Assembly (NCBI GenBank): GCA_964057225.1
Contig: OZ059896.1
Span: forward strand, 11,160,001 to 11,224,000
Reading direction: 5' to 3'
DNA: 64,000 bases
Source of the DNA: Auanema rhodensis
Lineage: Eukaryota > Animalia > Nematoda
The translations under genes and the position numbers were made by a program. Each line of letters starts with the position of its first letter. The stretch's first letter is position 1. This document shows, in pieces, positions 62,601 to 64,000 of the stretch. The notes under the pieces are model-generated. The model had not been told where the DNA came from. It did not search any database and worked only from the letters and a program-made list of their open reading frames with translations.

Positions 62601-64000
62601 TTTAGTTTTAATCAGATATATCTTATTACTATTCTAATTAAATAAAATATTATTTTTACAAGAAATCCCTTGTTGTTTCATATTTGTTCTCTCACCACCG
62701 TTTGAATTTCTTTATCTTTTCATTCATTTCCAAAAATGAAATATTTCATCAAAATCACATGCTAACAAATCTTGTTAGCAACTTTCAACATTCAAATTTG
62801 TCATGATGATCATATGAAAATTACATTATATTTCATTTCTTTTTTTTATTTTCCTTTACTATATCATATAATCATCAACATACGTATATATTTCTTTAAT
62901 TATATCTTAAATTATCTTCTTTAAATATTAAATATAAGTATTATAATGATAATATTACTATACTTAATCAATTCCATTAATATTTAGCAAAATGTGTATG
63001 AAAATATTTTTTTTTATAAATCTTTTCTCATAATCTTTATTTTCTTCGAATGTTTATGACGTCAATCTAATTATATCCTAGCTACATTATTAGTTATTGA
63101 ACATTATACTGAATTCAATCAATATTAACATTTTATTTTAAAATTTGAATACAAAATTTTTGATTTTTAGTTATAGTTAATACTTCAAATTTTAGTTTTC
63201 CTTTTTTTAACTATTATGTTACATTGTAGAAGAAAATGCAAAAATAGGTCAAATATTAAAAAAGATTTCCATTTGAAAAACTTAATTAGTGATTTGATGA
63301 TCATAAATTGACATGTTAATATAATATATGCATATATCAAAGCTTGGCATGAACCCTTGCATAAGGCATTTGGTGCTCAATCCCCCCCCCCCCATCGCCT
63401 TGTCCTTCCTTCTCCGCCTATATTTTCTCATTTTTAAATGTTATGTAGTTTTACTATTAAAATCTCATATTATCAAACAGATGTTCACGACCATTCGACT
63501 AAGGAGGCATTCTTCGAAGATATAATGACACTATGATGTCATCATTATGAGTGCAAATGCAATAACTTTTTTTGTTCTTAAATAGTTTTGATATAACGAA
63601 CATACATACATATACGTCCATTTCATCTTCAAAATTTCATTTTTCCTCTATATTCTTGAATTGTTTGTTTTACAATGGTATTTATATCACATGAAACTTT
63701 TGATGGATTTTTTTGGATGTTTCGTAATTTGAACATGTATCATCTGCTTCTATTCCTTCCTATATCAACTTTACCCTGTCTTTTTTTATCGCATATTATA
63801 ATTTAAGATTATTTTTATGTTTTTCCACTGAGTAAAAATAATATCTTGTTTATCTCTAACTTCTCATCTTTAAAGATAGCAAGCTTACTGTTTTTACGAT
63901 GTTGGCGTCATGAAGCTTTGAAGCAAAAAAAAGTTTTTTTTTAGTTTATGGCGTTACGATTGTTACTTTTTCTTTGGTAGATTGTCGAATATCATTCCTT

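Noticed and set aside
1-64000. Prokaryotic systems (CRISPR arrays, defence islands), rRNA, tRNA, SL RNA, telomeric TTAGGC arrays, transposase or RT ORFs
   Set aside because: The window is intron-rich nematode DNA, and I saw no such repeats or motifs by eye.

Overview
AT-rich eukaryotic genomic DNA from a nematode, probably a compact-genome rhabditid. Evidence: dense introns of about 38-55 nt, TTTCAG/TTTTAG-type acceptors, and unpaired acceptors just upstream of most start codons, as expected for SL trans-splicing. Manual splicing gives 15 protein-coding genes: an orphan multi-pass membrane protein, a Patched-related protein, a receptor tyrosine pseudokinase, copb-2, an OSGIN-family flavoprotein, an unannotated helical protein resembling the N-terminal solenoid plus oligomerisation element of Nup358/RanBP2, GSKIP, a 74-aa neuropeptide-like precursor, 5-oxoprolinase, sand-1/MON1, GRIPAP1, a divergent SLC17 transporter, a myristoylated DUF4062 plus degenerate NACHT protein, an ShK-fused Cys-less pentameric ligand-gated channel subunit, and a LIV-1 ZIP zinc transporter. 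No rRNA, tRNA, CRISPR array or transposon was recognised. Best leads: the candidate stand-alone (split) Nup358 N-terminal module, the sensor-less dead-P-loop STAND protein, and the neuropeptide precursor absent from the ORF track. All homology calls come from motif recognition by eye, not database searches; exon boundaries are manual predictions.
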